Shown here: positions 31,602 through 44,346 of the stretch, piece by piece
How positions within the stretch are numbered: the first letter of the stretch is position 1
How the letters are laid out: every line of letters begins with the position of its first letter
Source: Phaeosaccion multiseriatum
Taxonomy: Eukaryota > Protista > Ochrophyta, other classes
Assembly (NCBI GenBank): GCA_965112735.1
Contig: OZ218950.1
Location: 248,001-312,000 of the forward strand
Length of the DNA: 64,000 nucleotides
Reading direction: 5' to 3'
The notes under the pieces: model-generated
The model's database searches: none
What the model saw: the letters and a program-made list of their open reading frames with translations, nothing else
Told to the model about the DNA's origin: nothing
Program-made: the position numbers and the translations under genes

Positions 31602-34019
31602 ATGAACAACGACCAGATACCCCTGCTGCTCGTCGGGCTGGTGAGTAACGCCCTACTCAATTTCTCTCTCTTTTCTCTTATCCTCTCTCTCCCTTCTCCT
31701 CCTCCTTGATACTGCTCTCTCTTGCAGGACATTGGCGGTACCAACCTAAAAGCCGCCCTGTATGAGGTTGTCACGGATGTGGGGGGATGCGGTGATGATA
31801 CGGCTGCTCCATCGACGTACCAGTGCAAACAGATGGGTGGCAAGGTGAGTCGCCCAACGTGTGCTGTTCTGGGCCCACGGCCCTGCCGGTCCAACGATGA
31901 GTACATGCAGCGGTCAGAGGAGCAACAGGAGGAGGCAGAGGAGGGAGCACGACAGCCCGAGGGACAGGGCCAGTCGGGCCCGGACAAGGTAATGGATTCG
32001 AATGCCTCACTCCTCTCATTTAAGCTACGACAGTGTCACTGGGGCGAGCAAGCATGGGCAGGTCTCAAGAAGGACAGTCACACCCCACACTTGCTGGATC
32101 GTTGCTGGGTCGCTCTCTGGTGCAAGCGCAATTTGTTTTACTTTTCCCTGGCCTCACAATCACTCACTGATTTCCCCCTCGTGGATCTTGCTGCATTTTA
32201 CGCACGGCTGCTGCTGCTACTACTATTTTGTCACTGCTCCTGCTGCTGTATCACCATCTGCTGTGTGCTGCTGCAGGTGGTGCGTGCTCTATTGGAGCTT
32301 GTGTCTTCGCTGCTGGAGCGACACGCGCGAAGCTGGGCACAAGTCACGGTCGTGGGGATGTGCTGTCCAGGGCAGGTGAACAGGTGCGTGTAGTAGGCCA
32401 GCGATCGCCGGTAACTCCTCATCCTTACAGTATATCTTAAGATTCCCTCATCTTGTCCGATTCCCTCATCCACTTGAACCCGGACCCTGGTCCTGGCCCT
32501 GGCCCTTGATTCTGACCCTGACCCTGACCCTGTATGCCATATGCCATGCCCGGCGAACGAACGAATGGCACCACGGAACATCAGGTCAACGGGCACTGTT
32601 ACAGGCGCCGCGAACCTTCCTCGTGACTCTGCCTGGGCCGACGCCCCCCTGGGCCCTCTGATGGAGGCTGCGTGCGGCCGCCCCGTGCATCTCATCAACG
32701 ACGCTGACGCTGCGGCTGTGGGCGAGATGATGTTCGGCTACGGGAGGACGAGGCGGATGGAGAGCCTCGCCGTCTATAGTGAGTGCTTGCTCGCTTACCC
32801 GTGGGCCTGCTTGCTGCCCTCCCTCTCCCCCCACCGGCCGTACCCACGCCTTTGGTCTCTTCTGTGTACTACTGCACTCTATGGCACCCTAAGGCACTCT
32901 ATGGCATTCTATGGCATTCTGTGGCACTCTATGGCACTCTATGGCACTCTATGGCATTCTATGGCACTCTATGGCACCCTGTGGCACTCACTTTATTTAT
33001 TAAACTCTCCGTCGCACTTTGGGCATTCCTCGTCCCTCTCAAGCCCTCGGCACCGGCGTCGGCATGGGCCTTTGCCTACGCGGCCGCCTCTGGCAGGGGG
33101 ACCACGGCAGGGTTGAGGGTGGGCACGTGATCGTGGACTGGAGTCCCCAGGCCAGGCCCTGCCCCTGCGGACAGGGGGGCTGTCTGGAGATGTACGCTTC
33201 CGCCACAGCCGTTGTGCAGACATACAACACACTTGCATCAGCATCAGCAGCAGCAGCAGCATCAGCATCATCATCTGTATCTGTATCTGGATCTGCCTCC
33301 TCGATGGGCGACTCTGCTGCTCCTCCTGCTCCTCCTGCTCCTCCTCCTCCTGCTCCTCCTCCTCCGGCTTTGAGAGCACAAGAGTGCGTCGTGCCGTCTC
33401 GGGTCCGCGCTGATGCTCCTCCTCAAGCCGTGGGAGGAGCCATCACCGCGGCAGCTGTAGCGCTTCCCGAGGAGCTGAAGAACGGCTCCAGTGAGGCACT
33501 CGTTACGTCAGCCTGCCAAGTGTTCAGGAAAGCCGCGGTGGGTGGCGACGACGACGACGCTGGTGAGCCAACTGGCGAGGGCGGGGCGGGGGGGGGGGGG
33601 TGCTGCTCACCTCATGGTGAGGCGTGTTTTGAAGGCCTCTACATAGAGTCGTGATTCGATTGTTGTCGGAGGGAATGGCGGGTATGGCATGCACAGTCCG
33701 ATTTTGGTGACGTCAAAGTCACAACGTTTCTAATTTTCTGTTCTCCCTCTCCGCTGGCACCCCCCTGTCCCTCTCTCTTCCCCTCCCCCCTCCACAACAT
33801 ACCCCTATGCCTGCCCCTTGGCCGAACTGATCGATCGCAGGCACCGCGATCGCCAAGAGAGCTGTGGAAGAGTGCGTGACGGCGCTTGCCTACGCCATAC
33901 TCAACACGTGCCGGACGCTCGATGTCAGTGCAGTTCTGCTGGGGGGGGGTGTCGCCAACGCAGGAGGGCAGCTTCTCGACAAGGTCCGTGAGAAGGTGAG
34001 CGGTGGAGGGACAACAAAC

Positions 34020-34060
<41 letters not shown>

Positions 34061-34165
34061 TAGAGAGAGAGAGATAGAGAGAGAGAAAGAGAGAGAGAGA
34101 GAGAGGTGAGCGAGCACGCACACACGCACACACAGAGCGAGCGAAGGAGAGAGGAGAGAACAGAG

Positions 34166-34205
<40 letters not shown>

Positions 34206-34226
34206 CACACAATCACATTCACACAC

Positions 34227-34287
<61 letters not shown>

Positions 34288-34670
34288 GAGAGAGAAGATA
34301 ACGAGAGCACGCACACGCACACGCACTCACACCACGACTGAGAGTGGACTTGAGCTCTTTCTTCCCCTTCCGCCGCCGCCCGCAGAGTAGAAGGCTTTGG
34401 GGAGTGATGAAGGGCCCTCATCCCTCAGAGTCCCTCACAGCCCTCCTCCTCCCTTCCCACCTCACGCGCCGCCTCTTGCCTCTTCCTCTGCTGTCCCTGG
34501 TGCTCTACCCCCGCGGCTGCCCTCCCACCTCCTGTCGAGCTCAGGTGGGGTCCATCCAGTGGTCTGTGCTCCCCTCCTCCGACGTGTACATTGGCCTGGC
34601 TACTTGTGGGACCGACGGGCTGCTAGGGGCCGCTGCTGCAGCTCTACTCGAGGCTGAGGGGGACACGTAG
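31602..34670 (+). CDS. ROK-family sugar kinase (glucokinase-like)
   Basis: Spliced product contains GLDIGGTNLK, NDADAAAVGE, TLGTGVGMG, EGGH, CPCGQGGCLEMYAS (Zn motif), LLGGGV and GLLGAA. Seven GT-AG exons. Confidence 0.88.
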
Positions 34671-34769
34671 AGATGAGAGAGTCAGAGAGGAGGGAAGAAA
34701 GCGAGCCACATCATAGCGGCATATGGACTGAAAGGGGGCACGCATTACCTCCCCACCCCCGGAAGGAGT

Positions 34770-35905
34770 ACGGACGAGGGCATTGCATTGGCCTCCAATC
34801 AGGTCAGTGCCCCTCAGTACATGGGGGGGCGGAGATAGCAGGGAGATATCACGACATGTTGTCTTGCGCCTACACATGCCTCCCACCAGGATTGCTCGAC
34901 CCATGTGCCTACACATGCCTCCCACCAGGATTGCTCGACCCATGTGCCTACACATGCCTCCCACCAGGAGTGCTCGATGCGCTGTATGCCTTCAGCGCCC
35001 TGCTCCTTGCCATTCTACTTTTCCACACCTTTCCCTCTCGTGGGTCACAGCTATCAACCCCCGCTTGTCTCCCCCCCTCTCTCTGACCTTGTTTCTCTCC
35101 TTCTCTTCCACCTACCTTCCTTCTCTGTACCATATCTTCCCTCTCACCCTCCTTCCTGACTCCCCCCCTCGGGGCGCTCGCTCCCTCGCTGCAGGTGCAA
35201 TACAGCCTCATCGACCAGCGGCCTGGCCAGAAGATGGCACAGGTGTGTGACGAGCGAGGCGTGAAGCTGCTATGCTATGGAGTGCTCCTGGGAGGCTTCT
35301 TGTCGGACAAGTGGGTGGGACTGCCCGACCCTGCAAGCAGCGGCAGCATGGAAACCGTCTCGCAGAAGAAGTACTACAACGTGATGCGGTATTGGGTGAG
35401 TACGGAGGGCGTGAGGGCGCGTGGGAGGGAGGGAGGGTTTTTGCTTGCCCCTTCACTAGTTCCGTTTCTGTCTCATTTCTCCTTCCCCGGAAGGGAGGAG
35501 AAACTGCTCGACAACTAACGTCTGTGTGCGTGTGTGCGTGCGTGTCAGGGCTCGTGGGAGAAGTTCCAGGAGCTCCTCTCCGTCTGCAAGGAGGTGGCCT
35601 CCAAGCACGGCGTGAGCATCGCCCAGGTCGGCACCCGCTGGGTGCTCCAGCAAAAGGCGGTGAGTCTCAGGGAGGGGTGAGAGATTGATGAAATTAGCAA
35701 AACTGAACAATGCTTGAATTGACTGATGCAGGTTGGGGGCGCCATAATTGGCCAGCGTCTGGGCTACACAGAGCACGTCGCGGACACCAAGCGGGTGTTC
35801 GACTTCCAGCTGGACCGGCAGGACTTGGAGTCGCTGGCCGAGGCGAGCAGGGGGAGGGACCTCATGAGAATCATTGGAGACTGCGGCGACGAGTACAGGG
35901 CCTAA
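34770..35905 (+). pseudogene. Aldo-keto reductase, C-terminal half only (5'-truncated copy or assembly break)
   Basis: Pieces TDEGIALASNQ (ends at donor 34802), VQYSLIDQRP...YGVLLGGFLSDKW (35195-35395), GSWEKFQELL...SIAQVGTRWVLQQ, and GAIIGQRLG...GDCGDEYRA*. I found no N-terminal AKR exons between the ROK stop (34670) and 34770. Confidence 0.7.
34866..34978. repeat. 39-bp tandem repeat x3 (GCCTACACATGCCTCCCACCAGGATTGCTCGACCCATGT)
   Basis: Seen directly, in the AKR intron. Confidence 0.9.
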
Positions 35906-36193
35906 AGGCCGGGGTTGTGGGCCGACTTTGCGCCCTCTAACCTGCAGTTTAATAGACGGATTAAAGCCTCAACTCGCTCTCCGCAGAAGCGCAGGAGGAG
36001 GGTGGTGAGGAGCCACTACACTCAAAACGCAAGAAAAAGAGGAAGGCGTGTGTTTGTTTGGTTAAAGTGCGGGTTTCATTATATTAAATACAGACAGGGG
36101 GGTGGCATGTGGCTGCGCGCTGCTTACCAAAGCCCTCTATATGCCCCAAATATGCCTCAAAAATTTATCTAAACCCTGGTGGGAGCAAGCTCC

Positions 36194-36847
36194 TTAGTTC
36201 CAGGTGTAAGCCTGTCCGAGGATGTCGTTGATGATGTAGGGGCGGCCGTTGAGCTGCTCGTGGACCATGAGGGCGAGGATGCCCATCTGCGCGGCGCGGC
36301 CGTTGTTGAGCTCGATGGAGCGCTTGCGGCTCTGGGTCTCCTCGTCCCAGGATGCCCAGGTGGAGTTCTCTCCGAACCTGTTCATGTCACCGGGGGTGGA
36401 GCCCTCCACCTGCTGCATGACGGCCAGCTCGAGGAAGCCGATGAAGGCGACCAGCTGGGCAATGCCGGCGGCGGGGATCTTGGAGAAGGCGGCAAGTCCG
36501 TTGGGCACGTCCGTGAACTTGATGTTCTCGGAGATGGAGAGGTATCCGGGCAGGCGCACGTTCTGCTGCACAAGGTGACCAGCGATGGCAAGCATGGAGA
36601 TGCGTCCGTGCTTCACCTCGACGTATCGGAGTCGGTCGAATCGCTCCTGGTCGGCGTCGTTGAGGAGTCCGAGGGGGTCGAAGAATCCGAGAGGGGCCTG
36701 TGCTCCCTCGGCGTCCTCGAAGGCCATCTTCATGCTGCTGGAGCTCTTGGGGGCCTTGGCAACCGCGCTGCCGGTGAAGGCGGTGGGCGCCACGAAGGCG
36801 GAGGCGCACCCGAGGGTGGCCAGAGCGGCGACGCAGGCAGTCTTCAT
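36194..36847 (-). CDS. Lhcf: Fucoxanthin-chlorophyll a/c light-harvesting protein (Lhcf family), intronless
   Basis: ASAFVAP presequence; GAQAPLGFFDPLG, EVKHGRISMLA, ELNNGRAAQMG. Confidence 0.95.
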   Translation of the reverse strand: MKTACVAALATLGCASAFVAPTAFTGSAVAKAPKSSSSMKMAFEDAEGAQAPLGFFDPLGLLNDADQERFDRLRYVEVKHGRISMLAIAGHLVQQNVRLPGYLSISENIKFTDVPNGLAAFSKIPAAGIAQLVAFIGFLELAVMQQVEGSTPGDMNRFGENSTWASWDEETQSRKRSIELNNGRAAQMGILALMVHEQLNGRPYIINDILGQAYTWN

Positions 36848-37089
36848 TTTGTTTGCTTTAGAAAAGGTGGGAGAAAGAATGTGCTTTTGTTTGTGCGGGA
36901 GTGGGAGTGATTTCACTTGGGGAGGGCACGCTCCCAAAATCAAGATCAAATCAAGGTGATGTCACCCCCTGAATTAAACTCATATTCACGTTTTGCTTGA
37001 GGAGGAGGATTTGGGATACATCGAAAGAATAAGGGCCGGCAGGAGAGGAAATAAAGAGCAGTGAAGACGAGTCACACGCAGAAGTAAAG

Positions 37090-38247
37090 ATGCCTTCCCA
37101 AGCTGTCGTCACTCTTGCGCTGTTGGTGCCCTCCGTGGCGCTGCTCCACTCGGGAGCGCATGCCTTCACGGCGCCCTTGGCAGCAGGGAGGGTGGGGAGG
37201 GTAGGAGGGGCCAGCAGGGCAGCCAGCGCCACCACGCAGCTGTCTGCGGGCGCGGGGGCCTTTGGCACGGGCGGCTTCTTCGGCAAGAAGCCCGAGGTGG
37301 ACTACATGACGCCCAAGAGTGAGTACGCCAACACTCCCGGCTCGCTCACCGAGACAGAGGAGCTTATCGGCGAGATCATGGTCACGGACGATGCCAGCGC
37401 CTCCAAGCTGGCCGACGACTGCATTTTGGAGGCCGAGCGCCTGTTCACGTCCAAGGAGGGCTGGAAGGGCGTGCTGGAGCAGGACGGGGTGTTCGTGGAG
37501 CAGAAGGACTTGCACGGGGCCTTTGGCAAGTCGGGTGTCAAGCTGGTGCGGGGCGTGGGCATCATCGACGCCTCGGCAGAGGACTTTTACAAGTTCCAGG
37601 TGTCCCGGGAGGGCTTCCAGGCCATTGACGAGTACCTGGTGAACCACCGCAATGTGGGCAAGTACACATGGGAGACGGAGGAGAAGAACGGCTACACCAA
37701 AGACGACTACGAGCTCATGATGAACAGGGTGGAGTGGCAGTACCCCACCAAGACCAGGGAGTTTGTGGCGCTCGACACTATCGACAGGAAGCGCAAGATT
37801 CTCATCTCCAAGAGCGCGCTGCACCCCGACCGCCCGGGGGGCAGCCGCTACCAGGACGACGTGCCCTTGGACGAGGACGAGTTTGTGAGGGCTGTGCAGT
37901 ACTACGCCAGCAAGGTGGACGAGCTGGAGGATGGGCGCTGCTTGCTCACCATGGTCACCTGGGGGGAGATGTGCGATTCGTACAGCTCATGGTGGGTCAA
38001 CAAGTTCAACGCACACGTTTTCATCACGCCCAAGTTCGAGCGCTTCAAGCGGGCCATGCAGGGGGAGGACGTGTTCGAGCTCAGTGACATTGTCAAGGAG
38101 GCGTGGAAGCTGCCTGCTCTGCTCATGGTGAAGCCCGACACAGAGTCCTCCAACGCCTCCGACTTTGTCAAGAAGGAGATGGACAAGGCCGCGGCGGCAA
38201 GAGAAATCAGCAGAGACTCGGACATGTACGATGACAAGAAGGCATGA
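37090..38247 (+). CDS. Plastid-targeted START/SRPBCC lipid-binding domain protein, intronless
   Basis: 385-aa ORF with strong coding bias. Signal peptide followed by AHA-FTAP. START-like pattern WKGVLEQDGVFVEQK...YPTKTREFV...ILISKS..HP...FVRA. Confidence 0.7.
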   Translation: MPSQAVVTLALLVPSVALLHSGAHAFTAPLAAGRVGRVGGASRAASATTQLSAGAGAFGTGGFFGKKPEVDYMTPKSEYANTPGSLTETEELIGEIMVTDDASASKLADDCILEAERLFTSKEGWKGVLEQDGVFVEQKDLHGAFGKSGVKLVRGVGIIDASAEDFYKFQVSREGFQAIDEYLVNHRNVGKYTWETEEKNGYTKDDYELMMNRVEWQYPTKTREFVALDTIDRKRKILISKSALHPDRPGGSRYQDDVPLDEDEFVRAVQYYASKVDELEDGRCLLTMVTWGEMCDSYSSWWVNKFNAHVFITPKFERFKRAMQGEDVFELSDIVKEAWKLPALLMVKPDTESSNASDFVKKEMDKAAAAREISRDSDMYDDKKA

Positions 38248-39613
38248 AGCTGAAACTTGATTATAGACGTTGTGTATATAATTGGGTGGGGGATGGGGGG
38301 GTGGAGGTTGGTGGCGATGGGATGTGTGTGCCTTGAACGCCCGCTTGGTCTTTCTGTTTCGCGTAGGAGTGTGAATTGGTGCGATGGAACTTCGCAGCTC
38401 GATTCCTGCCCCTCATGGCGATAACAGGAGTATCAGTGGGTGGGTGAAGCACATATGTCCCCCATCTCCACCTCCTCCCCACCCCATGGAAGGACCGCCT
38501 GCTGAGTGTTGAGCTCCTTGCCACACTTGATCCCTTTTGATCAGCGAGGCAGGCACAGGCGTGGTCCACATGGGAGGTTTACATACTATAGATTTGCTAT
38601 ACAGTATCATAAACTTAATTGCTATACTACTTGCACTACATGGCACTTCCGTGGGGTGGTTGGGCTTCCATCCATCTCTTCTTTTACTGAAGTATATATA
38701 CTTCAATGCTTAGCTCTGAAGTAAAGGATGCATAAACCCCCCCCCCCCCCCCTTTACTCTACATACCCATGTTTTCCCTCCTGCATCCATGGACTGAGAC
38801 ACAAGGCTCCTACCCATTACTCGAGTGGGCAAGCAAGCAAGCAAGCAAGCAAGTAAGCAAGCTGTCGACAGATGGACAGGAGGAGGCTCACAAAGCCGCC
38901 CAATAGCGCTTTGCCAAGCCGTCCGGCCTGTCCGCCGCTCTCGCTACAAGGATGGCTTCCCTCACCCGTTGATGGCTGATGGGTGCATCCACTTGGCTTG
39001 TCGAACCACTTGGTGATTCACAATGACACGCGTGCCCTTTTCCAATGGCATTGTAGCATGCCCCCTCCCTCTCCTTTCTGCCCTTTCTCACACAAAAATA
39101 GTCCAAGCATCCGCCCTTCAAGGCCCTGAATTACCCCTCCATTTCCTCCAACCCTCCCCCCTCCCCCTGCATTTACACCATCCCCTTCTCCCTCCCTCCT
39201 CACGAGCTGAGAGCAAAACAAAACCCCTCATCACAGTATCACCCCCCCCCCCCTCTGTGTCTGACTTGAACAAAGCCCCCCCCCCCTCCTTCCCTCCCCA
39301 CCAAACGCCTCCAATCCGTCCGCTGCCATCCGTCCTCTGTGCTCCCCTTCACGCATGCCATGCCTAGCAGCATTTCCTTGCATGCCTGCTCCTTCGCCTC
39401 TCTTCCCAAAAATGACCCTTCTAGCTCCCTCTTCCCTCCATCTCACGTCACATCCTGTGGTCAAATACAGGACCAACACACGCACACACAAACACACACC
39501 CCCACACTCCCGCAGGCCCGTGATGCTGTGCCCAACACAGAGGGGCCCTCTCCCCACGCCCCCTCCTCCTTCCAACGCCAGTGCCAGTGCTTGCTCTCCT
39601 CCCTCCTCCCTCT

Positions 39614-41784
39614 CTACACAAGCGGCTTCTTCCGAGCCAGCGACCTCGCCCTCTTCTCTGGCCATGGATACGTCTGTGCCACCCCCGTGAGTGCCTCCGC
39701 CAACCCCAGTACCGCAACAATCCATTTCGGCAGCAGGCCCTTCTCGAAGCTCCAGTGCACGGCGTTGGGCAGGTAGAAGATGTCACGCAGCAGTTGCCAC
39801 GCGAGGCAGCGCTTCCTCCGAGCAAGCTCCTTCAGCTGCTCCTGGAGCCGTGCTTTCCGGAAGGCGGAATCGTCTGTGTGTGTGTTGTGTGTGTGTGTGT
39901 GTGTGTGAGTGTGTGTGAGTGCCATCCATTGGGCGCATGGTGGGGTGGGGTAGGGTAGAGGCCAGAGAAGAGGGGTGGTGTTAGGTGGTGTGGGGGGGGG
40001 GGTAGGTTGGGGGGGGTGCATACATAGGGCACACGCGCTGGAACTGAAATTGAGGCCGCTGTTTTTTAAAGGTATGGAGGGTGGGCGGGGTAGCAATGGT
40101 GGTGGAAGGGGAGGAGCGGAGTGGAGAGGCCGGCGCCTCTGAAGCGGTGCTCAGGTACACTTGGGGAGGAGAAGCGAAGAGTAGGAGATGAGTAGGCAAG
40201 ACGGGCATGGCTTGGCCACTTGTAAAACACGTCTGCTTACTCCCATACGCCTGACCTGTGCTGCTGAGCTCCTCCAGTTGCCGCACCACCTCCTCCTCCT
40301 CTTCCTTCCTCTCCCTCTCCTTCAGCGTCACCACCCAGAAATCCACAATGACATAAAAGAGCCACGCCCAGTTGCTGCGCGCGAACAGCGTGTCCCCGCT
40401 CATCCTCACGAACTTGGGGGTAGTGTACGCAGCCCACCCCAAGTGCTCCAAGGGGTGGTACCACAGCATGGACCACGCCTGGAGCCTGGGGAAGGGGGGA
40501 GGGGGCAAGGGCGGGGAGAAAGGGCCATTGGGAGGGCCGTAGGAGGGGGAATGTAACGGAATGTAACGGCTGTAGGAGGGGGTGGGTGGGTGGCAAGAAG
40601 GGGCCGAGGGTACAGGGCCAAAAAGGGAACGTCTGACCAGGAAGGCCAAGAAAAGGGCAAAGTCAAGACAAGTTGAGGTAAAGTGTAGAGAGGCCCTGCG
40701 CACCTTGTGAGTGTCCGAACTGTGGGCGATTTAGAGCCCCCTGCCCACGAATCATCTTTCAGCGCCTGCCATGCGCTGGTGCATCCAAAGATTCTCATTA
40801 GACATCTGCGGGGAGGGGGGGGGAGAGAGGGAGGGGATGAGACGACCAGTGGACACACGCAATAGGCAAACAAGGGCACGGCAGACATGTGCGAGAAAGG
40901 GTGCGATGCATCGGCCGCTGAGGAGCCAAAGTCTCCCCTCCTCGGGCTCCTGGGGGAAATAGGAAGCAGACTGACGAGATTGGTCGATTCGGCTTGGTCG
41001 ACTGAAGCTCCCACGCCGTTGCATCCTTACCGAGTCATACTTATACTGCTATACATCTCTGCAAGGCCTACCGCGGCCGTTGATTCCTCGCCATTGATCC
41101 TCCTCAGCGCGAAGGAGAGGGTGGACATTGTGTACCTGAGAGTGAGGGAAGGAGTGTGTGTGTGCATGCGAGAGAGAGAGAGGGGAGAGAGAGAGAGAGA
41201 GAGACGGGGGAGAGAGGGTGAGCAAGACAGAACAACAGACAAAGATAGTAGAAGGGGAGCGGCAGAGGGGGCTGAGTGAGGACAGTTGGAGGGGTGGACA
41301 ATGGCGAAAGAGAAGGGAAGGAGGTGGTGCGGTGAGCTGGTTTGTTTCTCGGGTCCGAGGCGTCCATTAAAGCTGAGGATGTAGCATCGCTCGTCGATCG
41401 ATTCGTCTCCACTGGTTTAGTGGTGCGGCCTAAAGCAAGTTGAGGTTGAGCGAGACGAAAAAACTGCGAAATCGAGGAGCAGAGCAGCAGCTCCGCGCAG
41501 CAGCAACAGCAGAGGGGGCTCGGTCTATCGCTCACTCACCCCATAAGCTTAATTGTCTTGTCGGCATAGGCCAGCTGCGAGGAGTACCCAACAAAGGAAG
41601 AGAGGAGGGAAGGCTCGTCTCCTCCGTCATAGCTCGAGCAGCTGAGACTGCGTGCCACTACCGGTGGCGCCAGCCCCTCCTTCCCTTGGCCCGCTGGCTC
41701 TTCCATAGAGGCGAGCAGGCCTCCGTCTCCATTGCTCTCGTCCTCCTCCCCCCTCCCCTCCTCCTTGTACTCCTCCTTGGCCAT
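39614..41784 (-). CDS. PEX11: Peroxisomal membrane protein PEX11 family
   Basis: Five in-phase exons. DKTIKLMGY, ISMTRCLMRIFG, YHPLEHLGW and LPNAVHW...LGLAEALTG match the PEX11 pattern. Confidence 0.75.
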
Positions 41785-41950
41785 CGCATACGCGAAGTGG
41801 TCAAGGCGAAAGGAGGGAGGGGGCTGAAATTCAAATTCACCGTCCTAAATCTTCACCTTCTGCGCCTGAGAGGCTGGGATATAAGACGTTCTCCTCGGGG
41901 CTGCTTCTTCCTATCCGCTTGAGCCTACCCACGGCTGAAGACTTAAGAAG

Positions 41951-43999
41951 ATGGGGAACGCTGGGTCGTCTTCAGGGGGCTCGGGTTCGTCCCCCGACCC
42001 CAACCACCCCATCTTCTCGTCCATCTCTCCAGCCCCTCCACCATCGGCAAGCGCCATTGAGGCTGCGGCCAGACAGGACGAGGAGAGCGGGGTGCATCGA
42101 GGGACGATGGGGGCTGCGGTTAGAGAGCATGGAGTGCCGGGGATTGCGGCTTGGGCGGTCCAGGGCAGAGGAAAGGACAAGGCGGCGGGGAGTAGTGGTA
42201 GCGGTGGTGGCAGGAGCAAAAGTAGCAAGAACAATAATGGAGAGGCGCAGGAAAGACGGGAAGGGAAGGACTCGACGGAGAATAAGAAGAAGAAGAAGAG
42301 GAGGAGGGACGAGGGCTCTGCTGCTGCGGCGAGGGGGGGGCCAGCGAGGCGGGCAAAGGACGGCAGGCTGGACAAATTATCCGGAAGTCACCGTGTGGAG
42401 CGCTACGTAGGACAGGAGCTCGTCGATGGGGAGTCTCTCACAGATCAGGTGCTGAGGAAGGCGGGTCTTCCGCAGCGTCGCCCCAAGGGGATGGTAGAGG
42501 AGGAGATGGAGCTGGAGAGGAGGAGAGAGGAGCTGCGAAAGAAGAGGGCGGCCAGGGCGGATGACAGGCTTAAAAACCTCACCCCATTCCAAATCAAGGC
42601 GATGGATCTCCTTACGAAGGGCCAAATTACAAGTACGTGCTTCGCCATGGACGCTTTGCCTCTTGTTGTGTCTGTATGTCTGTCTGTCTGTCTGTCTGTC
42701 TGTCTGCATGCCTTTGGAGTTATTGGTGCAGGTTGCGGGGGCATGTAGCACCTCGCCTTCTTTGTCTTGCTGACGCTGTCTGTGTGCTCATTTATGGTCT
42801 ACACCACACTTTGTTTTGCCCGTGTCCGGGGGGCACACAGGCTTTGTCGCGGCATCGCTGGCCGCAGCCAAGGCGACGTTGCGGGGAGAGAATGTGCTCG
42901 AGGTGAGCACTCGGGCGGGTGCCCGGGCATTTTTCCTCACCTTTCCCTTCCTGGGCGGGGCGGAGTTCTCGCAAAACATTAGGGGCGACAAGAAGCTTGG
43001 AGAGACCAATTACGCCATCGGAGGGGCCTCGGCAGGCGTTTTCTACGGCGTTGTATGTACGTTCGTACTTAGTGTGCTTGTTTGGAGGAGGTGGTATGGT
43101 ACCTAGTGTGTCGTTTGGAGGAGGACATCCTCCTGTACGTCTCTGTACGTCTCTGCCGTTGTCTCTGTCTCTGTCGCTGTTGTCGGTGGAGCGCTCCATC
43201 GGCTCAGGGGGCTCGAGAAAGCGAGTGTGCGTTTGTGTACGCTGTGCTGCGGGTGCTGGGCTGACGAGGAGGGGACGGCTGTGGCGGACGGAGGGAAGGG
43301 GAGGGAGGGAGGGAGGGAGGGAGGGAGGGAGTGAGGTATACCAAGCTGGACAATACTCTCCGGAGTACTGCCAAAGGTCGGGTAGTCCGACAGACGATGA
43401 CCTCTGCTCCCTCTCTTGCCGCCCGTTGCGGAGCGCGACGATGCTCAGCTGCTTCACTTCTCTCACCCACACATGCCCACACGCTTGTCCGTTCCTCTGC
43501 TGTCCCTTCTCTCTTGTCCCCTCTTTCTCGTGGCGGGGAATTACACACCACCCCGTTGGCTTGGCCGCGTTTTGTGCCTTGGCTGCTGTGGGGGAGCACA
43601 GACGGGATTCGGTCGGGACTGAAGGCCGCAACAGGGCTGTCTCTTCTGGGCTATGGGGGTTTCTGCTCCTACATTTGGCTGAGGGACTACATCATTGAGG
43701 TACGGAGAGGGGAGGGGAGGAGAGGAGAGGGGAGGGGAGGAGAGGGGAGAGGAGGGGAGGAGGGGGGAGGGGTGGGGAGGAGAGGGGAGGAGAGGGGGGA
43801 GGAGAGGAGAGCGGAGGGGAGTGAGGGGATGGGAGGGGAGGGGGGCTGCGGGGCATGCGGAGCGTCGAGGAAGCGGAAGTGTGCCCGCACGAGAAAGGCG
43901 ACAGGCTTCTCTTCGCTTCCTCCCTCGGACAGGATGACCAGAGCGTGGCTTAAGCATCGCTTTGCTTGCTCGCTCTTGACAACACTGCACCACATGGCG

Positions 44000-44034
<35 letters not shown>

Positions 44035-44346
44035 TCGCTGTGCGGCTTGCAGGTGGAGGAGGACGAGAGGAAGAACGGCCGTGCCGGCTTCCTCTTCTAC
44101 GGCGTGCCCAAGCGGCAACCCAAACAAAGAGAGCACCCGATTTTGGCCGACAAACCGCTCAAGCATCCGCCTTGGACCCCTCCGAGAAAGGGCGGCGAGG
44201 CAGCAGGAGTAGGGGAAGGGGAAGGGGGAGCCGGTGGAGACGGGGGCGTGAGAGCGAAGGACGAGAGCAAGGCGGCGGCGGCAGCGGTGGTGGTAGCAGC
44301 AGGGCAGGACGGGGGGGCAGGGCAGGGTCGGAGAGGCCCGAGCTAG
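41951..44346 (+). CDS. Tim17/Tim22/Tim23-superfamily membrane protein (putative)
   Basis: Exons ~41951-42631, 42841-43057, 43602-43699, 44053-44346 in phase. Gly-rich TM segments and IRGDKKLGETNYAIGGASAGVFYG resemble the PRAT/Tim17 motif. Confidence 0.55.
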
